From the human T2T-CHM13v2.0 reference genome, Homo sapiens, in the NCBI RefSeq assembly GCF_009914755.1, contig NC_060943.1: 64,000 nucleotides of DNA, one strand, 5' to 3'. Every line of letters begins with the position of its first letter. The stretch's first letter is position 1. The notes beneath the pieces were generated by a model. That model saw only the letters and a program-made list of their open reading frames with translations. It was not told where the DNA came from and made no database searches. Made by a program: the position numbers and the translations under genes. Of the stretch, positions 18,286 to 34,620 are shown piece after piece.

Positions 18286-18759
18286 CTACCTTCATATTTT
18301 CATAAAAAGATGTGACGATGTATGCATTATTAAAAAAAGAATTATAAAATTAGAAAGAATGGCAGGAGAATAAAACCAGGTTAAATATAATCAACTGTAG
18401 TGAATAAAATTGTTGAAGTATTGAAAATTAACTGACATGCTATAATAATAATTTAATCATATCAACATAAATTAATAAATTGGCAAAAATCTAGATATAA
18501 AAGAATATGGCATACACTGTTCATAAAAAACTCTTGCACAGAGCAGATGCTCAGTTATTATTTGCTGAATGAATCAGGACTTTGTTCTCAGTATACATGG
18601 GCATTTAATATACAGCAAGCTTGTATTTCAATTTAGTTAGAAAGGATTGGATATTTAAATAAATGCTGTCATAAACAGCTATTTGTCTGGAATAAATAAA
18701 ATTGGTCACCTACCTCACACATCTTACACAAAGTCAGAGGAATTAAAAACTTCAATATC

Positions 18760-19050
18760 GGCCAGGTACGGTGGCTCATGCCTGTAATCCCAGCAGTTTG
18801 GAAGGTCCAGGTGGGTGGATCACTTGAGGTCGGGAGTTCAAGACCAGCCTGGGCAATATGGCGAAACGCCATCTCTACCAAAAATACAAAAATTAGATGG
18901 GTATGGTGGCACTTGCCTGCAGTCCAAGCTACTCAGGAGGCTGAGGTGGGAGAATCGCTTGGATCCAGGAAGCGAAGGTTGCAGTGAGCCAAGATCGCAC
19001 CACTGCATTCCATCCTGGTTGACAGGGCGAGACTCCGTCTCAAAAAAAAA
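18760..19050 (+). mobile_element. AluS
   Basis: Alu consensus. Confidence 0.9.
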
Positions 19051-19540
19051 GTAAACAATGCCTTTTCCATGAAAACAGGGAAACTACATATGAAATCTGT
19101 GGGTGGGCAAATCACCTTAACTAAGGCAATAATTGCAGAAGTAAGATGATAGGTATATATTTAACTAAAGAATATTTTAAACTTTTTATGGCTAATAAAT
19201 TTCCCCAAAAGTCAACTGAAAAAGAATCATTGAAAAAAATAATTTTAAACGCTGGTAACTGTATAAAAATGGGCATATAGTAAACATAAGGCAATCAAGA
19301 TCTTGATCAAATATATGAATATTTGCTCAAAGTCAGTAATATTTTAAGAAAACAGTAAGAAATCTCACGTCCATCAGCCTGAGCGGGGATGGAGTGGGGA
19401 ACTTTCTCAGCTGTCATAGATTTGTGTTGGAATTTTTAAACAGATGGCAAACGGGTACTCTAATTTTGGTGACAGAAATAAGTGTCATAATGTCTTGTGG
19501 AAACAATCTCCAGACAGATAAAATATTAAAAACACATACA

Positions 19541-19866
19541 GGCTGGGCGTGGTGGCACACGTCTGCAATCCTAGCACTTTGGGAGGCTGAGGCAAGTAAA
19601 TTGCTTGAGCCCAGGAGTTCGAGACCAGCCTGGACAACGTGGTGAAACTCCATCTCTACAAAAGAAATACAAAAATTAGCCTAGCATGGTGGTGCACACC
19701 AGTAGTTCCAGCTACTTGGGAGACTGAGGTGGGAGGATCACCGGAGCCAAGGAGGTTGAGGCAGCAGTGAGCTGAGATCATGCTACTGCATTCCAGTAGT
19801 AGCATGGACAGAGGCTTGCACGACAGAGTGAGGCTCTGTCTCAAAGAAAAAACAAACAAACAACAA
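19541..19866 (+). mobile_element. Alu (J/S)
   Basis: Alu consensus with a small internal insertion. Confidence 0.85.
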
Positions 19867-20636
19867 AACTCCAAAAACCAGGAAGCCAGCAGATATTCCT
19901 CGCCACAGTGTTTCTCAATCTCAGCACTATTGATATTCTGGGCTAGATCACTCTCTTTGATAAAGTCTATCCTATACACTGTGAGTTGTTTAGAAGCATC
20001 AAATCACAGGCCTAAACAACACACAAATATATTCAGCCACGCAAGTGAGGAAATAAATGCAAGTACAGCTCATTAGTACATAGTCTCTCACCTATTAAAT
20101 ATTTTGTATTATCTGAATACCTAGCGTAAGAGAAAATCCTGCAAAATATACGCATTATGAACTGCTGTTGCAAAATGGTATTTGCAAGCAATCCGTTCAT
20201 CTGGATTTTTCTCACGGGCATAGAATCAAACTGAAATATGCTCCATTTTAAAAGTAAAAAGGAAATGTCTTTACATGACTGTATATCCCTCCACAGCCAA
20301 TACACGATTTCTCTACTCCCCTTAATTACAAAGATGTATGTTGTACTTTTACAAAAATCATTTTACACCTCCTATTCCTTCTAATTGGGCTTCTGTGACC
20401 TTCACTAAATGTCAATAGTCGTCACCCTTGCATTGCCTAGTTCAGTGTTCACTTTTCTTTTTTTGCATCATAAAACGAGACATTACTTAGTTAATTAATC
20501 AACCAAGCAAATAACCGCAGCAATATCTTGGCTCTGGGCTAGGCTGGACTGGCTCTCAGGTGATCTCAGGTAAATATTCTCTGCATCTATTCCATCTATT
20601 GTTTTCCTGCAGTTCCCACTGGGCTCTCCAACTCAC

Positions 20637-21480
<844 letters not shown>

Positions 21481-21897
21481 TGAAAATTTCCATCTCATTC
21501 TTCAACTAGAGGGAGTACTGTGTTCCTTTGATATAAATCATGGCTTGGCTGTACTCCTTGGCTTCATGATGTTTTCACCAAAACAATTTGTAATTTAATG
21601 CTTGTCAGACAAATTAAGAACTGTCTTTTAGTTCTTCATTGATAAAATGTGTACCAATTACAAGAGATATATTTAGACCCTTTTATGCACATTGTCCTGA
21701 GAATGGCACCTTATAAGGATTATTTTATCTAATGTTTATAAATGTTTATTTTATGTGGTCGGTACTGTCATGAGCATCATTCTACGTATGCAGTAATGGG
21801 GCTCAGAAAGATTCAGTGATCTGCTCAACATTATAAACCAAGAAAGGGATGAATGGTTGAAACTCCTTCATGATGTTTTCAGTTCTCATGCTTGAGG

Positions 21898-22520
21898 CCA
21901 GTAGTTTAAAAACAGGAATGAGGCTGCATGTGGTGGCTCACACTTGTAATCCCAGCACTTTGGGAGGCTAAGGCAGGCAGATAACCTGAGGCCGGAGTTC
22001 GAGACCAGCCTGGCCAACACGGTGAGACCCCGTCTCTACTAAAAATGTAAAAATTACCTGGGCATGGTGGCATACGCCTGTAGTCCCAGCTACTCAGGAG
22101 GCTGAGGCAGGAGAATCACTTGAACCCGGGAGGCAGAGGTTGCAGTGAGCTGACATTACTCAAGCCTGGGTGACAGAGCAAAACTCCATCTCAAAAAAAC
22201 AAAAACAAAGAAACAAAAAGCAGGGATGATTTTGCCACCAAAGGACACTTGAAAATATCTGAGAAAACTTTAGTTGTCACAACTAGGAAGATGTTACTGG
22301 CACCTGGGGGTTGAGGTTGAGAATGCTGTTCAAGATCCAACAATGCAAATGATACCCCCACCACAAATGATAATCCAGCACAAATGTTAACATGGAGGAA
22401 GCTGCAAACACTATTCTAGACCAGAACATCTCCAGCTTCAAAGTTTATATGAATTGCTTCTGGATCTTGTTCAAATGTGGATTCTAATTTATCAGGTCTA
22501 GGATGGGGTCCAGAGATTCT
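21898..22520. mobile_element. MER20- and MER5-like DNA transposon remnants with nested Alu (about 21922-22220 plus)
   Basis: MER20-like GTTGTCACAACT...ACTGGCA and MER5-like TCTTGTTCAAATGTGGATTCT. Paralogous copies at about 45960-46250 and 61485-61870. Confidence 0.6.
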
Positions 22521-22523
22521 ACA

Positions 22524-22823
22524 TGTGTATTAGTCCGTTTTCACGCTGCTGATAAAGACATACCCAAGACTTGGTAATTTATAAAGGAAAGAGGTTTAAT
22601 GGACTCTGGACTCACAGTTCCACATGGCTGGGGAGGCCTCACAATCATGGTGGAAGGCAAAAGGCATGTCTTACATGGCAGCAGGCAAAGCGAGAATAAG
22701 AATCAAGTGAAAAGGGAAACCCCTTATAAAACCATCAGCTCTCATGAGACTTATTTAGTACCATGAGAAAAGTATGGGGAAAACTGCCCCCACGATTCGG
22801 TTAGCTCCCACTAGGTGCCTCCT
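22524..22823 (-). mobile_element. THE1 MaLR LTR (truncated)
   Basis: TGTATTAGTCCGTTTTCACGCTGCTGATAAAGACATACCC is a THE1 terminus. Confidence 0.85.
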
Positions 22824-23443
22824 GATATAGGAGTTAAGAAGGAATTACTTAGGCAGATAGCAAGGGCATGAGAGTCCTCAGTAAGGCTTTTCTCTTTTAA
22901 TGAAAAGCAGCCTCAAATCATTTTCTAACAAAGAGCAGCCTGTAAAGTTGAGCTGCAGACATAGATAAGCAAGCTGGGAGTTTGCATGGGTGAATGCTGG
23001 CAGAAACTAAGGACTAGACGTTTTCAAGATGGTGGCTCCATCTTCCCTTCTCTGCCAGCCACGTGCACTGTAAGGAGCAGACAAGATGGTGTCATGGCAC
23101 TGGCCAGGTAAAAACCCCATCTGCATAATAAACAATTGGGGTGGGATGGCCAGCCTCTTTGCAGGCTATGTAAATGACACACTTGGTCCAACCAATCCCC
23201 TGGGCCCTATGTAAATCAGACCCCACCTCCTCAAGCCCCTCTATAAAACCAACCGAATCCCATGGGCAACAGGGAGATCTGTTTGGAACCCGCCTCCATC
23301 TACATAGGGGAGCTTTTTTCTTGTTTCTTTCATGTATTAAACTTTCCACTATTAAATCCACACCTCGTGCATCTGCGTCTTCATTTTCCTTAGAGCAGGA
23401 CAATGAACCTTGAGTATTTCCCCAGACAAACGATGCCACTTCA
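22824..23443 (+). mobile_element. ERV1 solo LTR (MER50-like)
   Basis: TGATATAGGAGTTAAGAAGG start, TATAAAA, ATTAAA and ...CTTCA end. Confidence 0.7.
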
Positions 23444-23934
23444 CCATTAGCCAAATACATCTCTGTTCATTATAAATTGCCCAGTCTCAGGCATTCTGCT
23501 ATAGTAGCAGAAAACAAACTCACATTTAGCTTCTGCATATACAAGTTTACATGTGTCTCTTGAGTAAATCCCTCATGATAGGAAATGAAACTTTTAGAAC
23601 TTTCATTTCTTATCTATAAGTTCTGGAAATTTCATCGATCCTATGAAGTTATTGTGAAAAGTAAGCAATATTTTAATGCTTGGAAAGTTACTGGAACAGA
23701 ATAATTGTTCGATCAATAGCAGCTATTGTTATTGTCTCAGTTTTGCATTTACTTAGCTCACTGTGACACCAGAAATGTCTCTTGCGAGAGGATGTGAGTC
23801 TAGTGTTACCCTGTTCCTGTTCCTGGAATACAGCTAGTTGTGATCTTGAAGGGAGACCTCATCCCAGGGACTCAAGGAGGGGTCAGAATGTGGGGAATCC
23901 ACCATTCCATGCTTTGTTATATTCAAGGATGTAG

Positions 23935-24244
<310 letters not shown>

Positions 24245-24692
24245 TGACCCTCTAATGCTGACTCCAAATAACCACAGCAAGAATTTTTAGACTCTTTCAA
24301 TCCACTTTACTTGTTCTGCTCTTGGGAATATTTGCAAAGCTGCTATTTCTTGTTGCATCAAATTATTTCTATAAATTTTCTCATCCTTTTTGTTCCACCT
24401 CCACAGCATGTAATTCACAAATGTTTGCTGCCAACAGAAGTATGAAGTTCTTGCGTGTCTGTTTCTTTCTAGGATAATTTTTTTTTTTACAATTATTTAT
24501 TAACTCCTCTATTCTCTGTAGGAGGACTGTAAATCACCACTATGGACTCTGGGTCTTAAGGGTGCCTCAATTGTAAGGAGAACATAGCTCTTCAATAGTT
24601 GACACTGAACTTGGACATGTGACTTCAGCTAAATGTGAATAGTCCTGAAATGTCCAATGCCTGAGAAGAAGCTGTAAGAGATTCCATCACTT

Positions 24693-25019
<327 letters not shown>

Positions 25020-25417
25020 TCAAATTGTCCTTGCTGTCCAAAGGTCAAGAACTTGATTTGGATAGCCCTATGGACTGAATATTTTTGTCCCTTCCAAAAT
25101 TCGTATGTCCCAAGTCCCCAAAGTTAAAACTTCTCCAACATTGCCTCCTATGTGATTAAAAAATAGCATGACATTAAACCATTTACTATTAGGATGACTT
25201 GTTATGCAGTAGTAGCTTACTGATACAATAATCAATGCAAACACAACTAAAGAGATTCAGAATAATCTGATGTTTCTTTGTTCTGGACCTTTGTTCTGTT
25301 ATTTGAAGGAAATATTTATGATTACCTGGTTATTCATATTTATTTCAGATAACTGTATTAAAATGAGACTGCCTATTAGATTATCTTCAGGTAGCTAGGA
25401 GAGGTTGAAAGTAAATA

Positions 25418-25862
25418 TGTTGGGAAAACACTGACTTTTTTTCACATGCTAATCCACCAGGTTACTTTTGAGTAACGCTGAGTCCAGAAAAGCCTCCAAA
25501 AATGTCTAGTTGATGGATTACTCTTTTTATAGAAATACGTGTTCACTGTAATTTTTGCCTTTCCTCCAAAACAACCCTTGGTGTTCTTCCATACATCATA
25601 GGCTGCGATGCCTGTAGCTGCTTACACATTCCTTCCAGAGCACATATAATGTTTCCTCCAAGATATAAGCCCCAGGTCTGGGGTGGTGGAGGTGTGGAGA
25701 TCCACTTTTCCTGCGGCCACCTAAGACCATGCTTCTGTCTGTAAGTTTACCTGGTAAATTACCCTACCCAACAAACTGGCTTGTCTGCCTTGTCCTTTGA
25801 CTTCTCAGATCCTTCTGCACTTGGGAACTGCTTTGCATATATAGTCCTTTCATGGAATAACA
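25418..25862 (+). mobile_element. Solo LTR-like insertion in the OR7A10 3' flank
   Basis: About 440 bp absent from the paralogous flanks (11650, 47640, 63850). TG...CA ends and a TATAA-like motif. Confidence 0.6.
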
Positions 25863-26510
25863 CATATGTTTTTGAAGGAAAGAACTGTGACCTTCAATCA
25901 CAAGTCTCTATTCCCAGAGGCAACACTGGGTAGAAATTCGAGCTCTTGTGTGAGTCATCCTTTGATCATGAGAGTTGAAGAGTGTTTAGAGTATAAAAGA
26001 GACAAAACAACTGAAGATAAAGTAAATACATATATTGTTCACTTGTCAACACTTTGATGCTTATGACATTTTTAAGGAAGAGATGTTAGGACAATGGAAG
26101 GAGTCATATTTGTAGGCAGCACTGGAAAACATTAGGCAGAAGTAGCAGAGTGATGCAAGGACATTACATACACCATGGCACTCAATCCTTCACTCAGATG
26201 AACAAACCTAGTGACGCGTGGACACCAGGCTCCTCTACTTCAATGAGTAGATGTACCCCAACGAAAACAAATATTCCATAGTTATTTCATGTATGATTGA
26301 AAATTATATTCCGTCATATTTAAGGTCATCTCTGACTCTAAGAAGAACAGTGTAAACTCTATAAAGTAGTTGAGGAACAAAGAAGTTTAAACTCCAGGAA
26401 ATAAATGGAAGGGGCAAGTCTTCCTTCCACCATCTTATTAACAAATCACCATTTCTGGCTCTGGGGCTTAGAGCTCTGAAGTCACAGGCCTTTCTTGAAA
26501 AATAGCCTTT

Positions 26511-27440
26511 CTATTGCTTTCCTCTGAAGAATGTTTTCATAGCACCCTTTATGTGTTTATTCCTCAGACTGTAGATGAAGGGGTTCAGCATGGGGGTGAC
26601 CACAGTGTACATCACTGAGGCTGCAGCACCTGTGTGTGAGTTGTGGGTGGCAGCAGAACTAAGGTACACCCCTAAGCATGTACCATAAAATAAGGAGACA
26701 ACTGAGAGGTGAGATGCACAGGTGGAAAATGCCTTATACTTCCCCTGAGCTGATGAGATTGCACGTATGGAGGAAACTATCTTAGAGTAAGAGTACAGGA
26801 TCCCAGTGAGGGGACCACCGCCCAGCAGCGCTACTGCAAAATACATCACTATGTCATTAAGAAAGGTGTCAGAACAGGCAAGGTGGACCACCTGATTAAT
26901 TTCACAGAAAAAATGAGGGATTTCCATGTGTGTACAAAAGGGCAGTGGCAACACCATTAAGCTTTGTAACATGGAATTCAGAACACTCATGATCCAGGAT
27001 GCCAGAACCAGCAGTCCACAGAGTTGAGGGTTCATAATGACCATGTAGTGCAGAGGGTGACAGATGGCCACAAACCGGTCATAGGCCATCACGGTCAGAA
27101 GGAAGTTATCCAATCCTACAAAGAGTAAGAAAAAGCACATCTGGGTGATGCAGCCTGCATAGGTGATGACTTTGTTGTGTGTCTGGATGTTCACCAGCAT
27201 CTTCGGGACAGTGGTAGAGACAAAACAGATGTCTACGAAGGACAGGTTGGAGAGGAAGAAGTACATGGGGGTGTGGAGGTGGGAGTCTGAGATTGTGGCC
27301 AGGATGATGAGCAGGTTCCCGAGCACAGTGACCAGGTACATGGACAGGAACAGCCCAAAGAGGAAGGCCTGCAATTCTGGTTCCTCTGAAATTCCCAGGA
27401 GAAGAAATTCTAAAATTATTGTATTGTTCCATGATTTCAT
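26511..27440 (-). CDS. OR7A10: Olfactory receptor family 7 subfamily A member 10 (309 aa)
   Basis: Intact ORF with all OR motifs. N-terminus [12 protein letters not shown] and C-terminus KTFFRGKQ recognised. Confidence 0.93.
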   Translation of the reverse strand: MKSWNNTIILEFLLLGISEEPELQAFLFGLFLSMYLVTVLGNLLIILATISDSHLHTPMYFFLSNLSFVDICFVSTTVPKMLVNIQTHNKVITYAGCITQMCFFLLFVGLDNFLLTVMAYDRFVAICHPLHYMVIMNPQLCGLLVLASWIMSVLNSMLQSLMVLPLPFCTHMEIPHFFCEINQVVHLACSDTFLNDIVMYFAVALLGGGPLTGILYSYSKIVSSIRAISSAQGKYKAFSTCASHLSVVSLFYGTCLGVYLSSAATHNSHTGAAASVMYTVVTPMLNPFIYSLRNKHIKGAMKTFFRGKQ

Positions 27441-27454
27441 CTTGTGATGTGACT

Positions 27455-27489
<35 letters not shown>

Positions 27490-27638
27490 AGAACATGAAA
27501 CAAACATGCATTCCAAAACTATCAGAAATGTTATCATTTATATTCCACAGTCAAGAAGTTAATATCTTTTTCTTAAAAAATTATTTTTAAGTTGACAGAT
27601 AAAATTATATGTATTTATCACATATAACATGATGTGTT

Positions 27639-28857
27639 TTTAAAAGTTTTATTTAGTTTCAGGGTTACATATGCAGGTTTGTAAAACAGGTAACATGTCA
27701 TGGGGGTTTAGTGTATAGGTTATTTCAATACCCAGTAATAACCATAGTACGTAATAGGTGTTCGATCCTTACTCTCCTCCCACCTTCCACCCTCAAATAG
27801 GTCCCAGTATCTATTCTCTTGTTTTCTTTTTTGAGACGGAGTCTCGCTCTGTCACCCAAGCTGGAGTGCAGTGGTGCAGTCTTAACTCATTGCAACCTCT
27901 GTCTCTTTGTTCAAGCGAATCTTGTGCCTCAACTTCCCGAGTAGCTGGGATTACAGGTAGGCACCACCACGCCCATCTAATTTTTGTATTTTTAGTAGAG
28001 ACAGAGTTTTGCCATGTTGGCTAGGCTGGTCTTGAACTCCTGACCTCAGGTGATCCGCCTGCCTCAGCCTCCCAAAGTGCTGGGATTACAGGCATGAGCC
28101 ATGTACCTGGACTATTCTCTTCTTTGTGTTCACGTGCACTCAATGTTTAGCTCCCAATTATTAGTAAGAACATATGGTATTTGGTTTCTTGTTCCTGCAT
28201 TAGTTTGCTTAGAATAATGGCTTTTAGCTACACCCATGTTGCTGCGAAGGACATTATCTTGTTCTTTATTATGGCTTCGTAATATTCCATGGTATATATG
28301 TACCATATTTTCTTTATCCAGTCTACCGTTGATGGGCGTCTAGGTTGATTCTATGTCTTTGTAATTGTGAATAGTGCTGTGATGAATATAAGTGTGGATG
28401 TGTCCTTATGGTAGAACAATTTATATTTCTTTGGGTATATACCTAGTAATGGGATTGGTAGGTCAAATGGTTGTTCTGTTTTAAATTCTTTGAGAAATTG
28501 CCAAGGGTCTAATATCAGAATCTATAAGAAACTTAAACAAATTAACAAGCAAAAAACAAACAACCCCATTAAAATGTGGGCAAAGGACACGAGCAGACAC
28601 TTCAGGAAAAGACATACATGCGGCCAACAAGCATATTAAAAAATGCTCAACGTCCCTAATCATTACATAAATGCAAATTAAAACCACAGTGAGATACCAT
28701 CTTACACTAGTCAGAATGGCTATAATTGAAAAGTCAAAAAATAGCACACACTGCTGAGGTTGTGGAGAAAAGGGAAAACTTATACACTGCTGGTGGGAAT
28801 GTAATTAGTTCAGCCCCTGTGGAAAGCAGTTTGGTGATTTCTCAAAGGACTTAAAAC
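27639..28857 (-). mobile_element. 5'-inverted L1PA with nested Alu (about 27825-28110)
   Basis: Antisense 3' end runs to about 28503, then a sense segment. TSD AACATGATGTGTT on both sides. Confidence 0.8.
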
Positions 28858-29351
28858 ATGATGTGTTGAAGTACAAATACATTGTGGAATGGCAAAATCT
28901 AGCTAATTAGCATCTACATGACGTCACCTTGTCATCATTTTTGTGAGGAGAACACTTGACATTCACCCTTTTAGTGTCTTTTGAGAATACAGTGTATCAC
29001 GGTGAACTGTTGTCACTATGCTGTGCAGCACATCTTTTGAAGTTATTCCTCCTGTCTAACTGGAATTTTGTGTCTATTGGCCAACATCTTTCTAACTTTC
29101 CCCACTCCACTTCCCCCAGCCTCCATTCTACAAGAAGTTAATTTCTATATTGTTTGTGAATCTGGTCCCCGTTAGGAGATCCCCTTGCCATCTCTGAATT
29201 CCTTCCCACTCTCAGCCTTTCTCTGAGGGCATCTACTCTACAAGTTTAGGGAGGAAAATCTTTCATGCATTTGGGGAATATCAAGTGAATTTCGACATGT
29301 TCCAGATGCTGTCTAGACAGTGAGTAAGTGGTGCTATAAAACAGAAGTCCT

Positions 29352-29655
29352 TGTGTTAGTTTGCTGAGAATGGAACAGAAAACCAAACACCACATGTTCT
29401 CACTTATAAGTGGGAGTCGAACAATGAGAACACATGGACACAGGGAGGGGAACATCACACACTGGGGACTGTCGGGGGTACGGGATAAGGGGAGGGAGAG
29501 TATTAGAACAAACACCTAATGCATGCGGGGCTTAAAACCTAGATGACAGGTTGATGGGTGCAGCAAACCACCATGGCACATATGTACCTATGTAACCAAA
29601 CTGCACGTTCTGCACATGTATCCCAGCACTTAAAGAATAATTTAAAAAACCCCTC
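29352..29655 (+). mobile_element. Short 5'-inverted L1PA
   Basis: About 22 bp antisense, then sense 3'UTR. Flanking CAGAAGTCC repeat. Confidence 0.78.
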
Positions 29656-29715
29656 CAGAAGTCCCTATGCTCTAAACACAGAGAAAATACAAGTAAATTT
29701 GTAAAATACCACATG

Positions 29716-29796
29716 CTATGTCAGATGATGATAGATCCTATACTATGTCAGATGACGACAGATCCTATACTACATCAGGTCGTGACAGCTCCTACA
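29716..29796. repeat. 27-bp tandem repeat, 3 copies
   Basis: CTATGTCAGATGATGATAGATCCTATA / CTATGTCAGATGACGACAGATCCTATA / CTACATCAGGTCGTGACAGCTCCTACA. Confidence 0.85.
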
Positions 29797-30225
29797 AAGT
29801 AAAGAAAGAAGGCAAAAAAGAAAACATGGATGAGGTGTTAGTTTTTACTTTGCTTTCCTGTAAGACCAGCAGACAAGGTGACAATGGAACAGAAGACAGG
29901 GTCAGAGTGACCACCTTCCCTGCAGAAGTGTGTGCCAGGCAGAAGGAAAGATCAATGAAAGACGCTGAGGAATGTGCTTCTGGCAGATGTTCAAGGCTAA
30001 CAAGGAATCCAGTGTAGCGAGAGAATGAGCAAGAAGAGAGGGATGGGAGATGGTGTCAGAGGATGATGAGGAATGAGGTGACCTCCTAAATGCTGAAATT
30101 TGATAACACAAGGAGTTCCTCGGTCCTGATGTTGTTGCATTTGCACTTTGGTAATTTGGTTGCAAAGGTGTCCCATTATTTGAAATGCATCTCCTCTTTG
30201 TTTTTCACTGTTGCCTTGAGTTCTG

Positions 30226-30537
30226 TGTTTTTTGTTTTTTTTTTTTTTTTTTTTTGAGATGGAGTCTCACTCTGTCACCCAGGCTGGAGTGCAGCAGTGC
30301 GATCTTGGCTCACTGCAACCTCCGCCTCCTGGGCTCAAGTGATTCTCCTGCCTCAGCCCCCTGAGTAGCTGGGATTATAGGCGCCTGCTACCACACCCGG
30401 CTAATTTTTGTATTTTTAGTAGAGATGGAGTTTCGCCATGTTGGTCAGGCTGGTCTCAAACTCCTGACCTCAGGGGATCTGCCCACCTCGGCCTCCCAAA
30501 GTGCTGGGATTATAGGCGTAAGCCACCATGCCAGGCC
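30226..30537 (-). mobile_element. AluS
   Basis: Alu consensus. Confidence 0.92.
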
Positions 30538-30626
30538 AACTTCTGGTCTTTTAATTACAAGTTGCCTTTTGGAATATATTGGTCCCAGGTTCTTTTTCTC
30601 TGAAAATTCCTCTCGCCCTAGAGGTG

Positions 30627-30674
<48 letters not shown>
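30627..30674. repeat. (CA)n microsatellite
   Basis: Seen directly; paralogous CA tracts at about 15413 and 56258. Confidence 0.92.
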
Positions 30675-30676
<2 letters not shown>

Positions 30677-30767
30677 GCATACACATGTGCATCACATCGT
30701 GGCCTCCTAGGGCTGTGTTACTCCTCTGCTCTTCTCACCCCTAGTCTCACTATTAAGAAGGAATGGA

Positions 30768-31169
<402 letters not shown>

Positions 31170-31487
31170 CTACCACATTGAGTAGGGTTGGAACTTACAA
31201 ACAGGGAGAGAAGGGAAACTCTAATTTTGCTGGCATAAATGTGAAGTGATACACCTGGATACAGCTATAAATACTAAAAATACAGATATTCATTCACTCG
31301 TTTTCTCAATCTCAGCACTACTTAAATTCTAAGCCACATTATTCATTGTGGTGGGGTCTGTCCCTGTTGTCTGCTGACCTTTACAGGGTGAAAGCCAAAT
31401 ATGTCATTGCTCAATGTCCCCTGGGGGACAAAATCATGCCACCCACTCAAGTGAGAACGACAATTTTAACATAAAAATTCCAAAATG

Positions 31488-31735
31488 TGGGAGGCCGAAG
31501 CGAGCGGATCAGGAGGTTAGGAGTCAAGACCAGCCTGACCAACACGGTGAAACCCCATCTCTACTAAAAATACCAAAATTAGCCTGGCATGGTGGCATGC
31601 ACCTGTAATCCCAGCTACTTCGGGAGGCTGAGGCAGGAGAATCGCTTCAACCCGGGAGGCGGAGGTTGCAGTAAGCCGAGATCGCACCATTGCACTCCAG
31701 CCTGGGTGACAAGAGCAAGACTCCGTCTTAAAGAA
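31488..31735 (+). mobile_element. 5'-truncated AluS
   Basis: TSD AAAAATTCCAAAATGT. Confidence 0.88.
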
Positions 31736-32073
31736 AAAATTCCAAAATGTTTTTATAGCATTTATAGGATAGGAAAGGAAAGGAGAAGACAAGCTAAAAA
31801 CAACTGCACTAAAATATAGCATATTTGTGATATGCATAGGATTTTGTCTACGTGTTTGTATAAGTGTTGTATGAATACAAAAGTGTGCATAATATAGAAA
31901 GAGAAGTTTTAAAAGAAACGAACTTATACAACAAGGAATGACAGTTAAAATGCAATTAGGTTAAGCACAGTGGTTTCAAAACAACTGTCTAAAGCAACAT
32001 AGAATGAAAATCTGAAAAAATTTTAATATAATCACATAAAATAGTAATAATTTAATAACATCAAAATGGGTTA

Positions 32074-32469
<396 letters not shown>

Positions 32470-33013
32470 TTATATATAGAAGGTGATTTATTCAGCCAAA
32501 AGATGCAGAAGAACTTTCTACATTTATAAGGCAATTAGGGAGACACAATGTGACCGATGGATGGATTTGGCTACACAAGCTTTTTAAACTTGCACACTGT
32601 CCTCTCAAATACATTGAAACTTACACAAAAGAACATAAAACAGCTAAGAAAAAAGTACATATAAGAACATTCCTTGTGTAATAACTCACATAAAAGAACT
32701 AAATGACAAATGCCAAAATTGGCAAAAACTCCAAAGCTTATATGTTAAAGAATGTAATAAAAAACACGAATAAAATCACTTTGAATCCATCATACAAAAG
32801 CCAATAATTTTCATAGATAATTTCCAACAGAGTGATAAATGTCTGACAAACACAGATGTAGTCAGTCTTACCAGTAAGGAAAAATTGCAAAGTAAAGGCC
32901 ATTAATATACCAGTTTTCAACTCTTAAATAAAATTTTAATTCATTTGAATACCTAGCATAAGAAAAGCAGCTGAAAACTGTACGTTTCATAAACTGCTGT
33001 TGCCAGGTAGTAG

Positions 33014-33388
<375 letters not shown>

Positions 33389-33417
33389 AAATATGCCCTT
33401 CTTAAAAATGAAAAATT

Positions 33418-33714
<297 letters not shown>

Positions 33715-34074
33715 TCACTTCCTTTCGTATCCCCCATAGCTAATACCCTACTTCTCTTTCCCACTTAATTGCAGTGATGCTTGGGCAGATGTTCTGCTTT
33801 CACTGGAACTACTTTAGACCCCACATTTTCTCTTCTAATTGGGCTTTTATTACCCTTACTTGATTGTCGGCTATCATTCTCCATTGCTGAGTTCAAGATG
33901 CACTTCTCTTCTTAGCATCATAAATGAAGATATGAATCAATTCATTCACCAAGCAAATACCCACAGCAGCGTCTCCACTCTGTTGCAGCTAGGATTGGCT
34001 CTTTCGAGATCTCGGGTCTATGTTCACAACTTGCAATCTCCCTGATCCTTTCCTACGGTACCTATTGGACTCAC

Positions 34075-34620
34075 CCTGTTGGGTTTTCTGAAATGAAGGT
34101 CTCAATCTAGAAGTGCAAATTCCTCCCTGGATGGTTGATGGTGGAGACTGAGGCTGTGTCCCAAGACAAGACAGTAGGAGAAAGGAAAGAATCAGTACCC
34201 CTGAGCCAGCAGATATAGACTCCGAAAGAAACAAGGATGTCCCATCCAGCCCAAGGTTGCATATGCTGAGGGACACCTGCAGCGGAGAAATTTACAGCTT
34301 CATATGCCTGCTCATTGGAGACATTTCCTCCTGTTATTCAACCCCTGATCACATTCAGTCCCTGTGGGACATTGCTCTTCATGGAAAGAAATTTTTTTCT
34401 TGCATACTCAGTTCCCAAGACATCAGATTAAACATCAGGCGAATCGAGTCGTTATTATTCCTTCTCCATGGATTTGTCTGCCTTCCAAAGGTCTAACCTC
34501 CCATCACTTCCCTCCAACCCTGAGGGAAAGTTTCCTCCGAAGTTTAAACTGAGGAATCTTTCTTGACTAAGCCCCTTGAGTCTCCAAAGCATTGACTTGT
34601 GGTAAGAACACAGGTTAAGA
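34075..34620 (-). promoter_or_regulatory. Putative upstream exon and promoter of OR7A10 (donor AGG|GTGAGT after 34075)
   Basis: Paralogous module with GTCCCTGTGGGAC at 34358-34370, TCCCAAGACA at 34413-34422 and CCCTGAGGGA at 34518-34527. Confidence 0.75.

Noticed and set aside
29718-30017. ORF with a repeated MSDDDRSYT peptide
   Set aside because: It is a by-product of the intronic 27-bp tandem repeat, and the frame is not kept in paralogs.
33989-34276. Similar ORFs containing 'STIQGGI' in several upstream modules (2995-3195, 40368-40664, 52690-52977)
   Set aside because: They have different starts and ends, run through the donor into intron and are out of frame with the OR where the leader is 13 nt. 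They are best explained by DNA paralogy, at most uORFs.
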